NCBI GenBank assembly: GCA_951406725.2
Contig: OX597815.1
Coordinates: forward strand, 193,068,001 to 193,132,000
Direction: 5' to 3'
Length of the DNA stretch: 64,000 nt
Origin: Octopus vulgaris
Taxonomy: Eukaryota
The position numbers and the translations under genes were made by a program. Below, piece after piece: positions 15,986-30,559 of this stretch. Position 1 is the first letter of the stretch; every line of letters begins with the position of its first letter. The notes beneath the pieces were generated by a model. The model saw only the letters and a program-made list of their open reading frames with translations. It did no database searches and was not told the DNA's origin.

Positions 15986-16312
15986 GTGTGTATGTGTTTG
16001 TGTGTCTGTGTTTGTCCTCCCAACATCACTTGACAACCGATGCTGGTGTGTTTACGTCCCCGTAACTTAGCGGTTCGGCAAAAGAGACCGATAGAATAAG
16101 TACTAGGCTTACAAAGAATAAGTCCTAGGGTCGATTTGCTCGACTAAAGGTGGTGCTCCAGCATGGCCACAGTCAAATGACTGAAACAAGTAAAAGAGTA
16201 AAGAGTAAAGAGTATGTCATCTAGCGAATCGTTCATATGTGTATATAACCGCCAGAAACATGACAGGGAATGTATAATGAAGAATTACGAGAAGTCAATG
16301 CTATGTACTTAC

Positions 16313-16322
16313 TAATTTCCAT
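16313..16322 (-). CDS. Dispanin gene copy B, first coding micro-exon
   Basis: ATGGAAATTA|gtaagt, identical to copy A. Confidence 0.72.
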
Positions 16323-16724
16323 TTTTAATCAGTAGCTGCAGTTGAGAAGAAGAAAATAAAATGATATGATCCGGGAAAGTTAGTAAAACTGCTTGCGTTA
16401 ACCGTCACAAGATATCTAATGGTGCGAACAGGTATTCCGAAGTAAATTTATACCAGTGACGTCTCACATGTCTCCACAGGCGTCAGAGTGGGTCCTTTAT
16501 CATGACGAATTAACTTTCTTGTTGCTCAAACCACTTCATGCATGACTAAGTTATAGACGGTTGCTTCATGTTTAACACCGAAAATTTGTTTATCTTTATG
16601 GTCTGGACTTACATTTTGGACTTGTCAGGCAAGAAAGAAATGAACGCATTATATTTTGCATGACTTAAATTGGCTAGAGATTATATGAGCACATTCCAAA
16701 ACGTTTTATATAAGTTACCTTAAA

Positions 16725-16922
<198 letters not shown>

Positions 16923-17633
16923 GTATATGGAGAGAGAGAGAGAGCGAGAGAGAGAGAGCGAGAGAGAGAAAGATAGATATATAAATAGATAGATAGATGA
17001 ATAGATAGATAAATAAATAGAAAGCTAGGTAGATGGAGAGTTGGTAAGGATATAAAATAAGGCCTACGTACGTTTCAATTCAGTGCAGTATATAATTGCA
17101 AATTCAAAGATTGGAATACATCCGAAGATTAGAATGAAATAGCATTTTGAATAATATTGAGTAGAATCCCACCAGGGATAGAGTGCAACAGAAATAGTTA
17201 CATGCGACGGATTGGAATTTATCAATACGCTAAGAAAATTAAAGAAATGTATATCTTTATTGTGTGTATAGTATTTAAAAAATGATATTAAAACTAAAAA
17301 TATAATATAGGAGTAAAAAGTAAAAATAGAGAACAAATAATTAATATACATTACACAGTAAAATAAAAAAAATAAAAACCCATTATCTGTGTAAGTTTGT
17401 ATTGGTTTACATAATCAATGTATATTACTACCTCTTTGATTCTCTTTTACAAATACAGTTCTATATTTAAGAGATGAGGAATTATGTACATTATTTACAT
17501 TTGACGGATATTTGTTCTCATCTTGTTTGTTGGTAACACAACGTTTCGGCTGATATACCCTCCAGCCGTCATCAGGTATCTTAGTGAAATTTCGAACCTG
17601 GGTTCTCATTCCTAAGGTATTTTTCGATGTTGT

Positions 17634-17699
<66 letters not shown>

Positions 17700-17705
17700 T
17701 ATTAT

Positions 17706-17769
<64 letters not shown>

Positions 17770-17771
<2 letters not shown>

Positions 17772-18280
17772 GAAGGAGCTTCTACAGGACTAGAACAGTT
17801 TCATTCAAGAGAAATCATCAGGAAGCTAGTTAACAAGAATTGTATTGGCATTTATACATTTAGGCAGGTTTAAGGCAGGTGGTGGGGGACTTTTTGGGGG
17901 TAGGCATAGCGCAAAAATATCATACTTGGGGGAGTGGTCATAAATTAGATAAAAGAAAAATATATAGAAGAATAGAGTTTTAGGTAAATAAGAGATTCTC
18001 ACTTATACATATACACATATGTATATATATACACACACACACACATATACATACACACATACAGACACACACACACATATATATACATATATATATATAC
18101 ATACATACATATATATATATATACATATATATGCATATATATATATACACACACATGTATATATACACACACGCCCACACATACATATACACACAAAAAA
18201 ATATATACATACACACACATACACATACACACATACACACACATATCTACATACACACATTCACACACAAGTCCATATAT

Positions 18281-18333
<53 letters not shown>

Positions 18334-18743
18334 TATATACATATGTGTACCTATACATACCTACACATACACACATATACATACAAATACAAACACAGTC
18401 CCTAATTTTAATTTTATTATTATCTTCATTTATTACTTTTGTTATCTTTGACCGCGGGTCACAAGCATCTTGGCTACGACAGCAAGTCCATTTATCTTTC
18501 TACTCGAACACAAGCACTCACTCACGCACGCACACTCATTAGAACGCACACTCACTCATTCGTACACTCATACACATACACGCACGCACGCGTTATATTC
18601 ATACATACATACATCTACATACATTCACATATATACACATACGTACGCGTACCTACAGATTCATGTCTACACGCATAGAAGACAAGTCCATACATATACA
18701 CCAATAAATATATATACACACATACATATACACCTACATACAA

Positions 18744-18798
<55 letters not shown>

Positions 18799-18937
18799 TA
18801 CGTATATATACATACATATACATACACCCATACATACATACATACATACATATATACACATACACACACCCACACATATACATATACATACATATACGCG
18901 CATACATACACATACATATACATACATATACACATAC

Positions 18938-18972
<35 letters not shown>

Positions 18973-19346
18973 CACATACATACATGTACATACATACATA
19001 TACATATATACACACACACATACATACACATATACATACACACACATACACATATACATGCGTACCCATACACACACACACACACGCGCATCCATATATG
19101 CACATAAGTACACACATGCGTAAAAGTATACATATATCTATACATATGCTTACACATACACACACACACACACGCGCCTCCTTATGTTCATATACTTACA
19201 TGCATACTCAAGAAATAAATAATAAAATATATATACGTGCAGTTATTCATATACATACATGCATACTCAAAAAATAAATAATAAATATTAAGTATATATT
19301 TACGTGCAGTTACCTATTATACAGACGGATACATACATATAAACCT

Positions 19347-19387
<41 letters not shown>

Positions 19388-19522
19388 CCTACTTACACAT
19401 ATGTACATATACATACATACACACATAACTCTACGTACCTACATATACATAAACACACGAGCGTACACGTATATGTACATATACACATACACATACACAC
19501 ACATATATACATATATATACAT

Positions 19523-19557
<35 letters not shown>

Positions 19558-19588
19558 CATACATATACACACACATGCACATACACAC

Positions 19589-19631
<43 letters not shown>

Positions 19632-19708
19632 CATACATATACATATACACACATACACACACACACATATATATATATATACACACACATACATATACAT
19701 ACACACAT

Positions 19709-19758
<50 letters not shown>

Positions 19759-19822
19759 GTGTGCATACATACATACATACTCATACACACACACACTTAC
19801 ACATACATATATACACACACTT

Positions 19823-19853
<31 letters not shown>

Positions 19854-19944
19854 CCCACACATACACATACACACATATATACATATATACATACACATAC
19901 ACACACATACTCACACACATACATATATATACATACATACACAT

Positions 19945-19992
<48 letters not shown>

Positions 19993-20294
19993 GTGTGTAT
20001 ACATACATACATACTCATACACACACACACATACACATACACACATATATATATACATATATATATACACGTATATACACATAAGTACATACATGCATAA
20101 ATGTATACATATTTCTATAGAGGTGCATACACATACATACACTCACGCGCCACCTTATATACATAAATACATACATGCATACAAACGCATACTCAAGTAA
20201 TAAATAATAAGTAATAACTAATAAATAATAAGTATATATACATGCAGTTACCCTTTATACAGACGGAAACATTCATATAAATATACACACACAC

Positions 20295-20372
<78 letters not shown>

Positions 20373-20534
20373 TATAGATATACATACATACACACATATA
20401 CACACATATACATATATATATATATACATATACATATATACACCTATCTACATATATGCACATATACACACACACATGCACATACGTATAACTCTACCTA
20501 CCTACATATACATATATATATATATACATACATA

Positions 20535-20568
<34 letters not shown>

Positions 20569-20663
20569 CACACGTATATATATACCCATCTACAATCTGT
20601 ATATACACACACATACATGCACATACACATAACTCTACATACCTACATATTCATCGACTTATA

Positions 20664-20727
<64 letters not shown>

Positions 20728-21035
20728 TGTACGCAGATTGTAGATGGGTATATATATATATATAAGTGTACAGATTGTAGATGGGTATATATATATGTGT
20801 GTATATATATATATATATGTATATATATAGATATATATTCACACGTATAACATACGTATAACACTACCTACCTACATATACTTATATATATATATATATA
20901 TATACATACATATGTATATATATATATATACACACATATATATATACCCATCTACAATCTGTATATACACACACATACATGCACATACACATAACTCTAC
21001 ATACCTACATATTCATCGACATACTCGCGTACACT

Positions 21036-21111
<76 letters not shown>

Positions 21112-21210
21112 TGTACGCGAGTATGTCGATGAATATGTAGGTATGTAGAGTTATGTGTATGTGCATGTATGTGTGTGTATATACAGATTGTAGATGGTAT
21201 ATATATATTG

Positions 21211-21246
<36 letters not shown>

Positions 21247-21438
21247 TTCACACGTATAACATACGTATAACACTACCTACCTACATATACATATATATAT
21301 ATATATACATACATATGTATATATATATATATATACACACATATATATATACCCATCTACAATCTGTATATACACACACATACATGCACATACACATAAC
21401 TCTACATACCTACATATTCATCGACATACTCGCGTACA

Positions 21439-21501
<63 letters not shown>

Positions 21502-22144
21502 ATATATGGACTTGTGTGTGCATGTGTGTATGTATGTAGATATGTGTGTGTATGTGTGTATGTGTATGTGTGTGTATGTATATATTTTTTGTGTGTATAT
21601 GTATGTGTGGGCGTGTGTATATATACATGTGTGTGTATATATATATGCATATATATGTATATATATATATATATGTATGTATGTGTATATATATATATGT
21701 ATATATATATGTGTGTGTGTGTATGTATGTGTGTATGTATATGTGTGTGTGTGTGTGTATATATATACATATGTGTATATGTATAAGTGAGAATCTCCTT
21801 ATTTACCTAAAACTCTATTCTTCTATATATTTTTCTATATATTTTTTAATTCTTTTATTTTATTTATTCTTTTATCTAATTTACCACTGACTCCTTGACC
21901 ACTCCCCCAAGTATGATATTTTTGCGCTATGCCTACCCCCCAAAAGTCCCCCACCACCACCCCTTTAAACCTGCCTAAATGTATAAATGCCAATACAATT
22001 CTTGTTAACTAGCTTCCTGATGATTTCTCTTGAATGAAACTGTTCTAGTCCTGTAGAAGCTCCTTCTATATAATAAATTAATTTTACTCTGCTATGTATT
22101 GAGTACCTTATTTACTGTGGTTAACCCCGAATCAACCCGGGACC

Positions 22145-22145
<1 letters not shown>
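17770..22145. repeat. Large inverted (fold-back) arrangement of a hammerhead-bearing microsatellite-rich element
   Basis: ~17770-18330 is the reverse complement of ~21450-22070; the interior is cryptic AC/AT sequence with nested inverted blocks at 20480-21480. Confidence 0.8.
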
Positions 22146-22764
<619 letters not shown>

Positions 22765-22798
22765 GCGTTAATAGTAGTATATATACAGATATATAAAC

Positions 22799-23356
22799 AG
22801 GTTACTTTCGAGTGCTACTGGTAACATGTAACCCAGTACAACCTGCTGCATGGTCGGGTCGTCGGCGACTAAACCGGCAACCCCACCAAGCTTGCTTGGT
22901 GAGGAGGGTGTTTATTGGACACCCTGCGGGATGAAAAACAAAACCTGTCAAAGGGCGGAGGGATTCTTGAGAGTCAACTGCCATCCAATAAATGTCTTAA
23001 GGCTGGATCATGCGCGGGGACATAGAAATAATCGGACTGAATACCCGATCGCGCGGTTAAACCATTGGGAGTGAAGGACTCCTAGCCTTTGTTTGGGCAT
23101 CCTTCTACGAGAAGGTAACTATGGTAACTGGGATAACTCCGACATAAAACCTGCGGCTCAGTGGTTACCGATGATGTTGACTTGTTCTTCTTTTCGGATT
23201 ATGGCTGCTGTTGCTTAGTGAATGAGATTCACTCAATGCACAGCCTTTCCTCACTTTAAAAAAATCTTCTTGCACAGGCATTGCACAATAACAACATTGA
23301 TTAAGCTTCGTGCAATGGTCATACTCGATAACGAGGGGGCAGCCACCACCACCATA
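22799..23356 (+). mobile_element. ~555-bp non-coding interspersed repeat, probably a non-autonomous RTE-derived retroposon (second copy 55505-56057, minus)
   Basis: Two similar dispersed copies with matching ends, both next to microsatellite; RTE origin inferred from general 5'UTR/3'-tail resemblance. Confidence 0.6.
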
Positions 23357-23829
23357 TAAACAACACATACTTTTAACGGCTATCCTCTTCAAATAAAGCT
23401 ACACACACACTTACATAAACAAATCAATCTGATTCGATTAAGTTCTATAAAAATAAATACATAGGCAGTAACATACATTGATTATGTAAACCAAAAGAAG
23501 TTTACATAGATAACGCTTTTATATTGTATTTTACTTTTGTTTATGTTTTTTGTTTTAACCTTAAAGTGTATTCTTATTTTTTAATATCACTTTTTGGAAT
23601 ATATTAGCATACATATACATACAATAAAAATATATATTTCTCAATTTTCTTAGTTGATATAGGCTGTGTGGCAAGAAAGTTGCTTCTCAATCACATGGTT
23701 CTGAGTTCAGTTCCAATGCATGGCATCTTGAGCAAGTGTCTTCTACTATAGTCTCGGGTCGACCAAAACCTTGTGAGTGGATTTGGTTGACGGAAACCGA
23801 AAGAGGGCCGTCGTATATATATATATATA

Positions 23830-25082
23830 TAAACTTAGATAAACTTAGATATGTTTCGACCAAAGATTGGTCCAGGCCATGTCTAACTTAATAGCACCAC
23901 CTGATAGGATTATTCGAATCCTGTTTAAGTCAAGTTTTGTTCAAGTAGTGAGTTCTTGTTGGGTGAGTTGTATCCAGTTTTGTTCAGTAGTGAGTTCTTT
24001 TTGGGTGAGTTGTATCCAATTATGGGTGGCTTATCTGGTATTCTTTGAAGGAATCTATCCAGACTCTGTTTAAAGTTGATGGGATCCTTTTCCTCTTTGA
24101 TCTCCCTGGAGGCATGTTCAAGTGTGAGTTCTTTTGGGTGAGTTGTATCCAATTATGGGTGGCTTATCTGGTATTCTTTGAAGGAATCTATCCAGACTCT
24201 GTTTAAAGTTGATGGGATCCTTTTCCTCTTTGATCTCCTCGGGCAATGTTAAATAGGGCAGGGCCTGTTGAGGAAAAGAAATTATGTTGCAGTGTACATG
24301 TATGTTGTGATCTTGAATTGGGCAGGGGACGTATAGCCCGTGGTCCAAGTCTTGGATGAACCTTGAAGCTAATGTTTAGGTCGTTTGGGCAAAGTTGGCG
24401 GTATATTTTCCACATCGTACAAATGATGTACTGCTCACGGCGACACTGGATTGAGTAAAGTTTCAAGGCTTTAAGGCGATCCCAATAATCGAGAGCAGCC
24501 ATGCCTTCAATTTGTTTAGTGAGTGCCCTCTGGGGTGACTCAATTCTGGAGATGTTTTGTCTTGTGTGAGGAGACCACAGTAGGCAGCAGTATTCAAGGT
24601 GTGGCTGTACAAAGGAGGAAAAAAGTGGTATGATGACACCTTGTTCTCTGGAACGGAAAGTTCTTAAGATCCAGGAACTCATCCTACGAGCTATATCGAC
24701 CTTCTTGTTGATGTGTGCACTCCAACTGAGATCGTCATCAACAATTACACCCAGGTCTCTGATATTGTTAGAGGCTGTGAGCGGTTCCCCTGAAGGAAGA
24801 GAGTATGGTTGTTTTAGTGAGGAATTTCTTCCAAAATGCATCAGCTCAAATTTTCCCTCATTCAGTTGCATTTTGTTTCTGTCTGCCCATTGACTCACAG
24901 CATATAGATCAGACTGGAGTTGAGTTCGGTCTGCTTCTTCATTGACGATTTGCTGGAGCTTAGTGTCATCAGCAAATATTTTCACTTTGCAGTAATGTAC
25001 GACACTGGAAAGGTCGTTTACGTAAATTATGAAGAGTAGCGGACCCAAAACAGTTCCCTGGGGAACACCGCTGGTGATCACC
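23830..25082 (-). mobile_element. CR1/L2-group LINE, 5'-truncated RT plus 3' end with internal tandem duplications
   Basis: SGVPQGTVLGPLLFIIYVNDL...IFADDTKL...RDLGVIVD...PHLEYCC (ORF 24203-25084); repeated EIKEEKDPINFKQSLDRFL block; short-repeat tail. Confidence 0.92.
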
Positions 25083-25214
25083 ACACCCTGCCTGACCCTC
25101 GTGGAGCTTTTAGGTGTTTTCGCTCAATAAACACACAACGTCCGGTCTGGGAATCGAAACCGCGATCCTGCGACCGCGAGTCCGCTGCCCTAACCACTAG
25201 GCCATTGCGCCTCC
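25083..25214 (-). mobile_element. tRNA-derived SINE family 3, 5' part (related degenerate copy ~54660-54995, plus)
   Basis: ggcgcaatggcctagtggttagggcagcggactcgc...ggtttcgattccc: A and B boxes followed by non-tRNA body. Confidence 0.75.
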
Positions 25215-25242
25215 ATATATATATATATATATATATATACAA

Positions 25243-25362
25243 ACCGTAAATCCTCGAGTATAATCCGCATTTTTTTCCAAACATTTAAAGGTCAAAATCC
25301 CGAGTGCGTACTATATACGAGGTTAAAAATGAAAAATATTTTCTAAGCAATGTCCGAATCTC
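25243..25362 (+). mobile_element. Probable pogo/Tc1-mariner-type DNA transposon terminus
   Basis: ccgtaaatcctcgagtataatccgca...gcgtactatatacgagg resembles pogo-like MITE ends; partner end not seen. Confidence 0.4.
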
Positions 25363-25599
25363 TTAAAGTTTCAAGGCTTTAAGGCGTTATATGAAATAAG
25401 GAAAATTATTTTACTCCACACGAAGAGAGATGTAAAAAATATAAGTGGAAAATGCGTTGGAAGTGTTTAGATTGTTTTATCTTTATAGGCTTAACAATTT
25501 GCACAGATTTTTCTGATTTTAAATTTTCTGGCAAAGTTTCTGTCTTTTTCACAAGGCTTAGTAAACAAAAAGAAAATGCAGCAACTGATTTAATTAATT

Positions 25600-25975
25600 G
25601 TTAATATTGTCACCATTCCTCTCTATGACCTCTTTCCATCTCTCAATGAGCTTTGTAATGCCGCCATCATAAAATTCCTTAGGTTATCAAGTGAAAGAGA
25701 AAACTAGCACATTCTCTACTTCAACTCTTCAATTAAGTCTTAATTCACTTAAATCCTTTTGTAATATTCTAAAGGATGGTAATCGGTAGGTGCGATGTTT
25801 GGAGGATATGGTGGGTGATGTATAATTTCCCAGGCATATTTTCTAAGAACTTTGGTGTGTTGTGCAGTGTAAAGTCTTGTGTTATCATGATAAATAATGA
25901 TTTGTTTTCGGTTGGTTATGACGTGGGTTTTGGCTGCAAATTTCCTTTCAAATAGTTAGCTGTTGGCAGTTTAAA
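25600..25975 (-). pseudogene. mariner transposase remnant
   Basis: YHDNTRLYTAQ and WEIIHHPPYPPNIAPTDYH match the mariner HDNARPH and HPPYSPDLAPSDY motifs. Confidence 0.75.
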
Positions 25976-26659
25976 TGTATGTATGTGTGTGTATGTATGC
26001 ATGCAAACATTTATCTATATATTTATCGATCTGTCAAATGACTGAAACAAGTAAAAAAAAAAGTACAACCTACACAAGTCAATGTGTGATGAACAAAATA
26101 GGAATTTTGAAAGAAGTACAAATAAAACTAGTTTATAAACAGTGAATGGCTATAAGGGGTCTACCAAAGTAAAATAGTATCGATCAATCTAGTTTCATCC
26201 CCCTCAGAGGATTACACAATTTAAAGCAGTGAAATTTTTCAAGTACCCCACTAGGCATATAATTTGTTTTAGTTGACAAACCATAGTTAAAACAGATTAA
26301 ATACTCAACATTAGCAATAGTCTTTATTTAAAACTCTAAAGAGACACAACCCAGCACCACGATGTGAGTTGTCTTTCAATCTCGTAGAACGTTTATGTTC
26401 TTCGTAATTTTCTCATATTCTCCTCGTTTTTCGTTTCTTCTATGGCTCTACGGTGTAGCCATGTTATTTGAGCCTGAACTATTGTGAAATCTTGCACAGT
26501 ATATTACACAAGACTGTCCACATATTACTCTGTCTGAGAAACTTGAAGTGGATCACATAAAATACCTGTAATCATTAAATGACATATAAGTGTGTGAGTG
26601 TGTATCTTCTGTTTGTATACAAATTGATTATACGTATAGGTATATATATATACACATAC

Positions 26660-26709
<50 letters not shown>

Positions 26710-27600
26710 GGAGTAAACAAATAAATGTGAAACAAGGAGGAAAAAAGAGTACTCAAATACCAGTGGTAGAGTAATATGCTTTATTTTAAGCAGCAGAAAA
26801 TTCAACAAAATCTGTTACTCTGAGTTTCTCGTTGATGTGGATTCTAAAAAGATAGGAAAATATTTACACACAACACACTAAATACACTTGAACACACACA
26901 CTTAAAGTTAAACAATAAAAAAAGGGGGGGGGGCGATGATGGGTAGGTGAAAGAAACAATAGAATATGCAGAGATTAATTAGTCAATGGAATGGCTAAGT
27001 GTAATCAATTTTGGTGTGTTGTGCAGTGTAAAGTCTTGTGTTATCATGATAAATAATGATTTGTTTTCGGTTTGTTATGACGTGGGTTTTGGCTGCAAAT
27101 TTCCTTTCAAATAGTTAGCTGTTGGCAGTTTATATATGTGTGTGTGTGTGTGTGTGTATGTATGCATGCAAACATTTATCTATATATTTATCGATCTGTC
27201 AAATGACTGAAACAAAATCAAAATTTGCCGGCAACGAGAAACTCAGAGTAACAGATTTTGTTGAATTTTCTGCTGCTTAAAATAAAGTATATATATATAT
27301 ATATAATAAAATATTAGGGAATAAATCCAAACTTACAGGAAAAAATCAGATTTAGGATTGAATCCAATTTTATAGTAAAATATTATATTATATTAAATTA
27401 GAGATAAAACCACTATTAGGCAAATCATACAATGAAAAACTTAAGCCAATACATAAGATTAATTAATTTATATTATTTAAATATATATCAAAATTATTAA
27501 AAAAGATAATTAATATAACACTACGATCGTTTCATGGCTGTTCAATTCTTAAAAATTTCGAGTTACAGTGGTTTACATATTTGGCGAGGTTTAATCAATG

Positions 27601-27662
27601 AACCACCTGAAGAATGACTGTAACTCGAAAATTTTAAGAATTGAACAGCCATGAAACGATCG
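27601..27662 (+). ncRNA. Type I hammerhead ribozyme motif, interrupted at its cleavage site
   Basis: aacCAC CTGAAGA ATGACTGT...ACAGCCAT GAAA CGATCG; the opposite arm supplies the continuation TA GTGtt that completes stem I. Confidence 0.72.
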
Positions 27663-28062
27663 CAGGAGTGGCTGTGTGGTAAGTAGCTTGCTAACCAACC
27701 ACATGGTTGCGGGTTCAGTCCCACTGCGTGGCATCTTGGGCAAGTGTCTTCTGCTAGAGCCCCGGGCAGACCAATGCCTTGTGAGTGGATTTGGTAGACA
27801 GAAACTGAAAGAAGCCTGTCGTATATATATATATATATGTGTGTGTGTATATGTTTGTGTGTCTGTGTTTGTCCCCCTAGCATTGCTTGACAACCGATGC
27901 TGGTGTGTTTATGTCCCCGTCACTTAGCGGTTCGGCAAAAGAGACTGATAGAATAAGTACTGGGCTTCCAAAGAATAAGTCCCGGGGTCGATTTGATCGA
28001 CTAAAGGTGGTGCTCCAGCATGGCCGCAGTCAAATGACTGAAACAAATAAAATAGTAAAAAA
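27661..28062 (+). mobile_element. SINE family 1, full length
   Basis: Head cgcaggagtggctgtgtgg through tail gaaacaaataaaatag. Confidence 0.9.
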
Positions 28063-28649
28063 TAGTAGTATATTAATTATCTTTTTTAATAATTTTGATA
28101 TATATTTAAATAATACAAATTAATTAATCTTATGTATTGGCTTAAGTTTTTCATTGTATAATTTGCCTAATAGTGGTTTTATCTCTAATTTAATAAAAAT
28201 ATATATATATATATATATATATATTTGTGTGTGTGTATGTGTGAGTGTGTATACATACATACGTACATACACACGCACACGCATACAGACACACACACAT
28301 AAAATTCAATATTCAGGATCTGAAATTTATTGGTGATGCGTAAACACGTGCTGTCTCAAACAGATCTATGGATAACAACCTCTACCGCATTTAGTATGTC
28401 ATACACAGAGTGGGTAAAGAAACTGGCATGGGTGGGTCCCTTATCGATTTGGATAGGTGAAATGTTTTCGATACGGCCGACCACATATATTTGGCGGCCA
28501 TTCTTACAGCGGTCGGTTTCGGTTCCGTTCTCCGTGGCTGAATTGCAGCAATGTACAGAGACATATACTAGGGAGTTCGGGTGACTTTTTGGAACCATTC
28601 AGCACCACGTACTCGGTACGTGAAGGATTCCCTTTCTTGCTTCTTCTCT

Positions 28650-28858
28650 CTTTTACTCTTTTACTTGTTTCAGTCATTTGACTGCGGCCATGCTGGAGCA
28701 CCGCCTTTAGTCGAGTAAATCGACCCCGGGACTTATTCTTTGTAAGCCCAGTACTTATTCTATCGGTCTCTTTTTGCCGAACCGCTAAGTTACGGGGGAC
28801 GTAAACACACCAGCATCGGTTGTCAAGCAATGCTAGGGGGACAAACACAGACACACAA

Positions 28859-28931
<73 letters not shown>

Positions 28932-29102
28932 CAAATATACGACGGGCCTCTTTCAGTTTCCGTCTACCAAATCCACTCACAAGGCATTGGTCGGCCCAGG
29001 GCTATAGCAGAAGACACTTGCCCAAGATGCCACGCAGTGGGACTGAACCCGGAACCATGTGGTTGGTTAGCAAGCTACTTACCACACAGCCACTCCTGCG
29101 CC
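28650..29102 (-). mobile_element. SINE family 1, full length
   Basis: Matches family 1 end to end. Confidence 0.9.
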
Positions 29103-29820
29103 TTCTGTATGTATTTACTCTAGAACTACAACTGCAGAGATTAGGGCATCCCACACAAACGAGGAGGCGGGTGAACCATATCGGCATATGCAGATGACGT
29201 TACCGTCATGTGGAACCAGGTACACAGACCTGGTCGGCACTACTCCAGAAGAATGCGAAACTCTGACAGGAGAAAAAGTTATTCAAGAGAAGTCAGTGGC
29301 CCTGCCACTCGGCACCTGGAGAGGTAGGTCCATGTCGTCAATAATGTCGTGGGACGCTAGACAGAGTTCCCGGTTAAATTGCTTTGGATTTTGTTTCGTC
29401 TAGATCTCCGGGTGCAGAAGAACTAGGAAAAGGTGATGAGTAGGGTGGCCAATTTCATCCAGAAATGGGCCGAGAGAAAGCTGTCTCTGAAGGGTCGGGC
29501 AGGGGTACCGATCGCATACATCGCCTCCGTCATATAATACTTTATGACCGTCGTGCCTTGCCTCAGTTTGCAACAAACTAAACTGCAGTGCATACTCTTC
29601 GGTTTACTGTGAAATGGAGGCGTTCCACTGGTCAGGTGCTCCATTTGTAATCAACCCGCTGAATGAAGAACTTGACATGGCGTGGCTGCTGATGCACAGA
29701 CATGCGCTCGAGCTCCGACATACCTAGCGCTTCATTAACGGTAAGCAGGAGTGGTGGTCATTTGTTACACACGATCTTCTGCCGCTCGGTTTAGAGTTTT
29801 GCTTCAAGTCCACAAAACCG
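29103..29820 (+). pseudogene. L1/Tx1-clade LINE reverse transcriptase remnant
   Basis: SAYADDVTV, ETLTGEKVIQEKS, KWAERKLSLKGR; frameshifted. Confidence 0.7.
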
Positions 29821-29834
29821 TTTTCTTGTATTTG

Positions 29835-30256
29835 TATACTCTTTTACTCTTTTACTTCTTTTAGTCATTTGACTGCGGCCATGCTGGAGCACCGCCTTTA
29901 ATCGAGTAAATCGACCCCAGGACTTATTCTTTGTAAGCCTAGTACTTATTCTATCGGCCTCTTTTGCCAAACCGTTAAGTGACGGGGATGTAAACACACC
30001 AGCATCGGTTGTCAAGCGACGTTGGGGGAGAAACACAGACACACACACATATACACACACATAATACATATATATATATACATACATATATACGACGGGC
30101 TTCTTTTAGTTTCCACCTACCAAATCCACTCACAAGGCTTTGGTCGGCCCGAGGCTATAGTAGAAGACACTTGCCCAAGGTGCCACGCAGTGGGACTGAA
30201 CCCTGAACCATGTGGTTGGTAAGCAAACTACTTATCACACAGCCACTCCTGCGCCT
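29835..30256 (-). mobile_element. SINE family 1, full length
   Basis: Matches family 1; followed by (TAG)n. Confidence 0.9.
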
Positions 30257-30263
30257 ATACGAC

Positions 30264-30327
<64 letters not shown>

Positions 30328-30559
30328 ATCCAGTTTGACCTTCCTTACAAAACTACCACATTTGTACAGGCCAATCGTCATGAAATTACTAAAAGCCGGA
30401 TGCTAAACCTCGTTGAAAATCCCTTGAGGTGTAAGAAGATTAATTCAATCTGGTAGAAGAGAAAAATATTTGCTATTGATTTCATGACTGATACCCAGCC
30501 TGAACAACTTGAGGGAAGTGTAGCAATAATTGTTACCTCAATTGGCTGAATAATTGTCT

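Larger units (their letters stand above)
27305..28195. mobile_element. Inverted pair of an AT-rich PLE-like element; right arm carries a hammerhead (27601-27662) and is split by a SINE
   Basis: ~27390-27569 is the reverse complement of 27618-27662 plus 28063-28195; same family starts again at 63867. Confidence 0.8.

Noticed and set aside
22799-22900. Possible HDV-like ribozyme at the 5' end of the ~555-bp retroposon
   Set aside because: Hairpins and a GTCGtcggCGAC-TAA segment are present, but I could not build the nested P1/P1.1/P3 pseudoknot by eye; needs an RNArobo/Infernal search
25140-25214. Possible tRNA gene
   Set aside because: tRNA-like A/B boxes run into a SINE body; no proper acceptor stem or terminator
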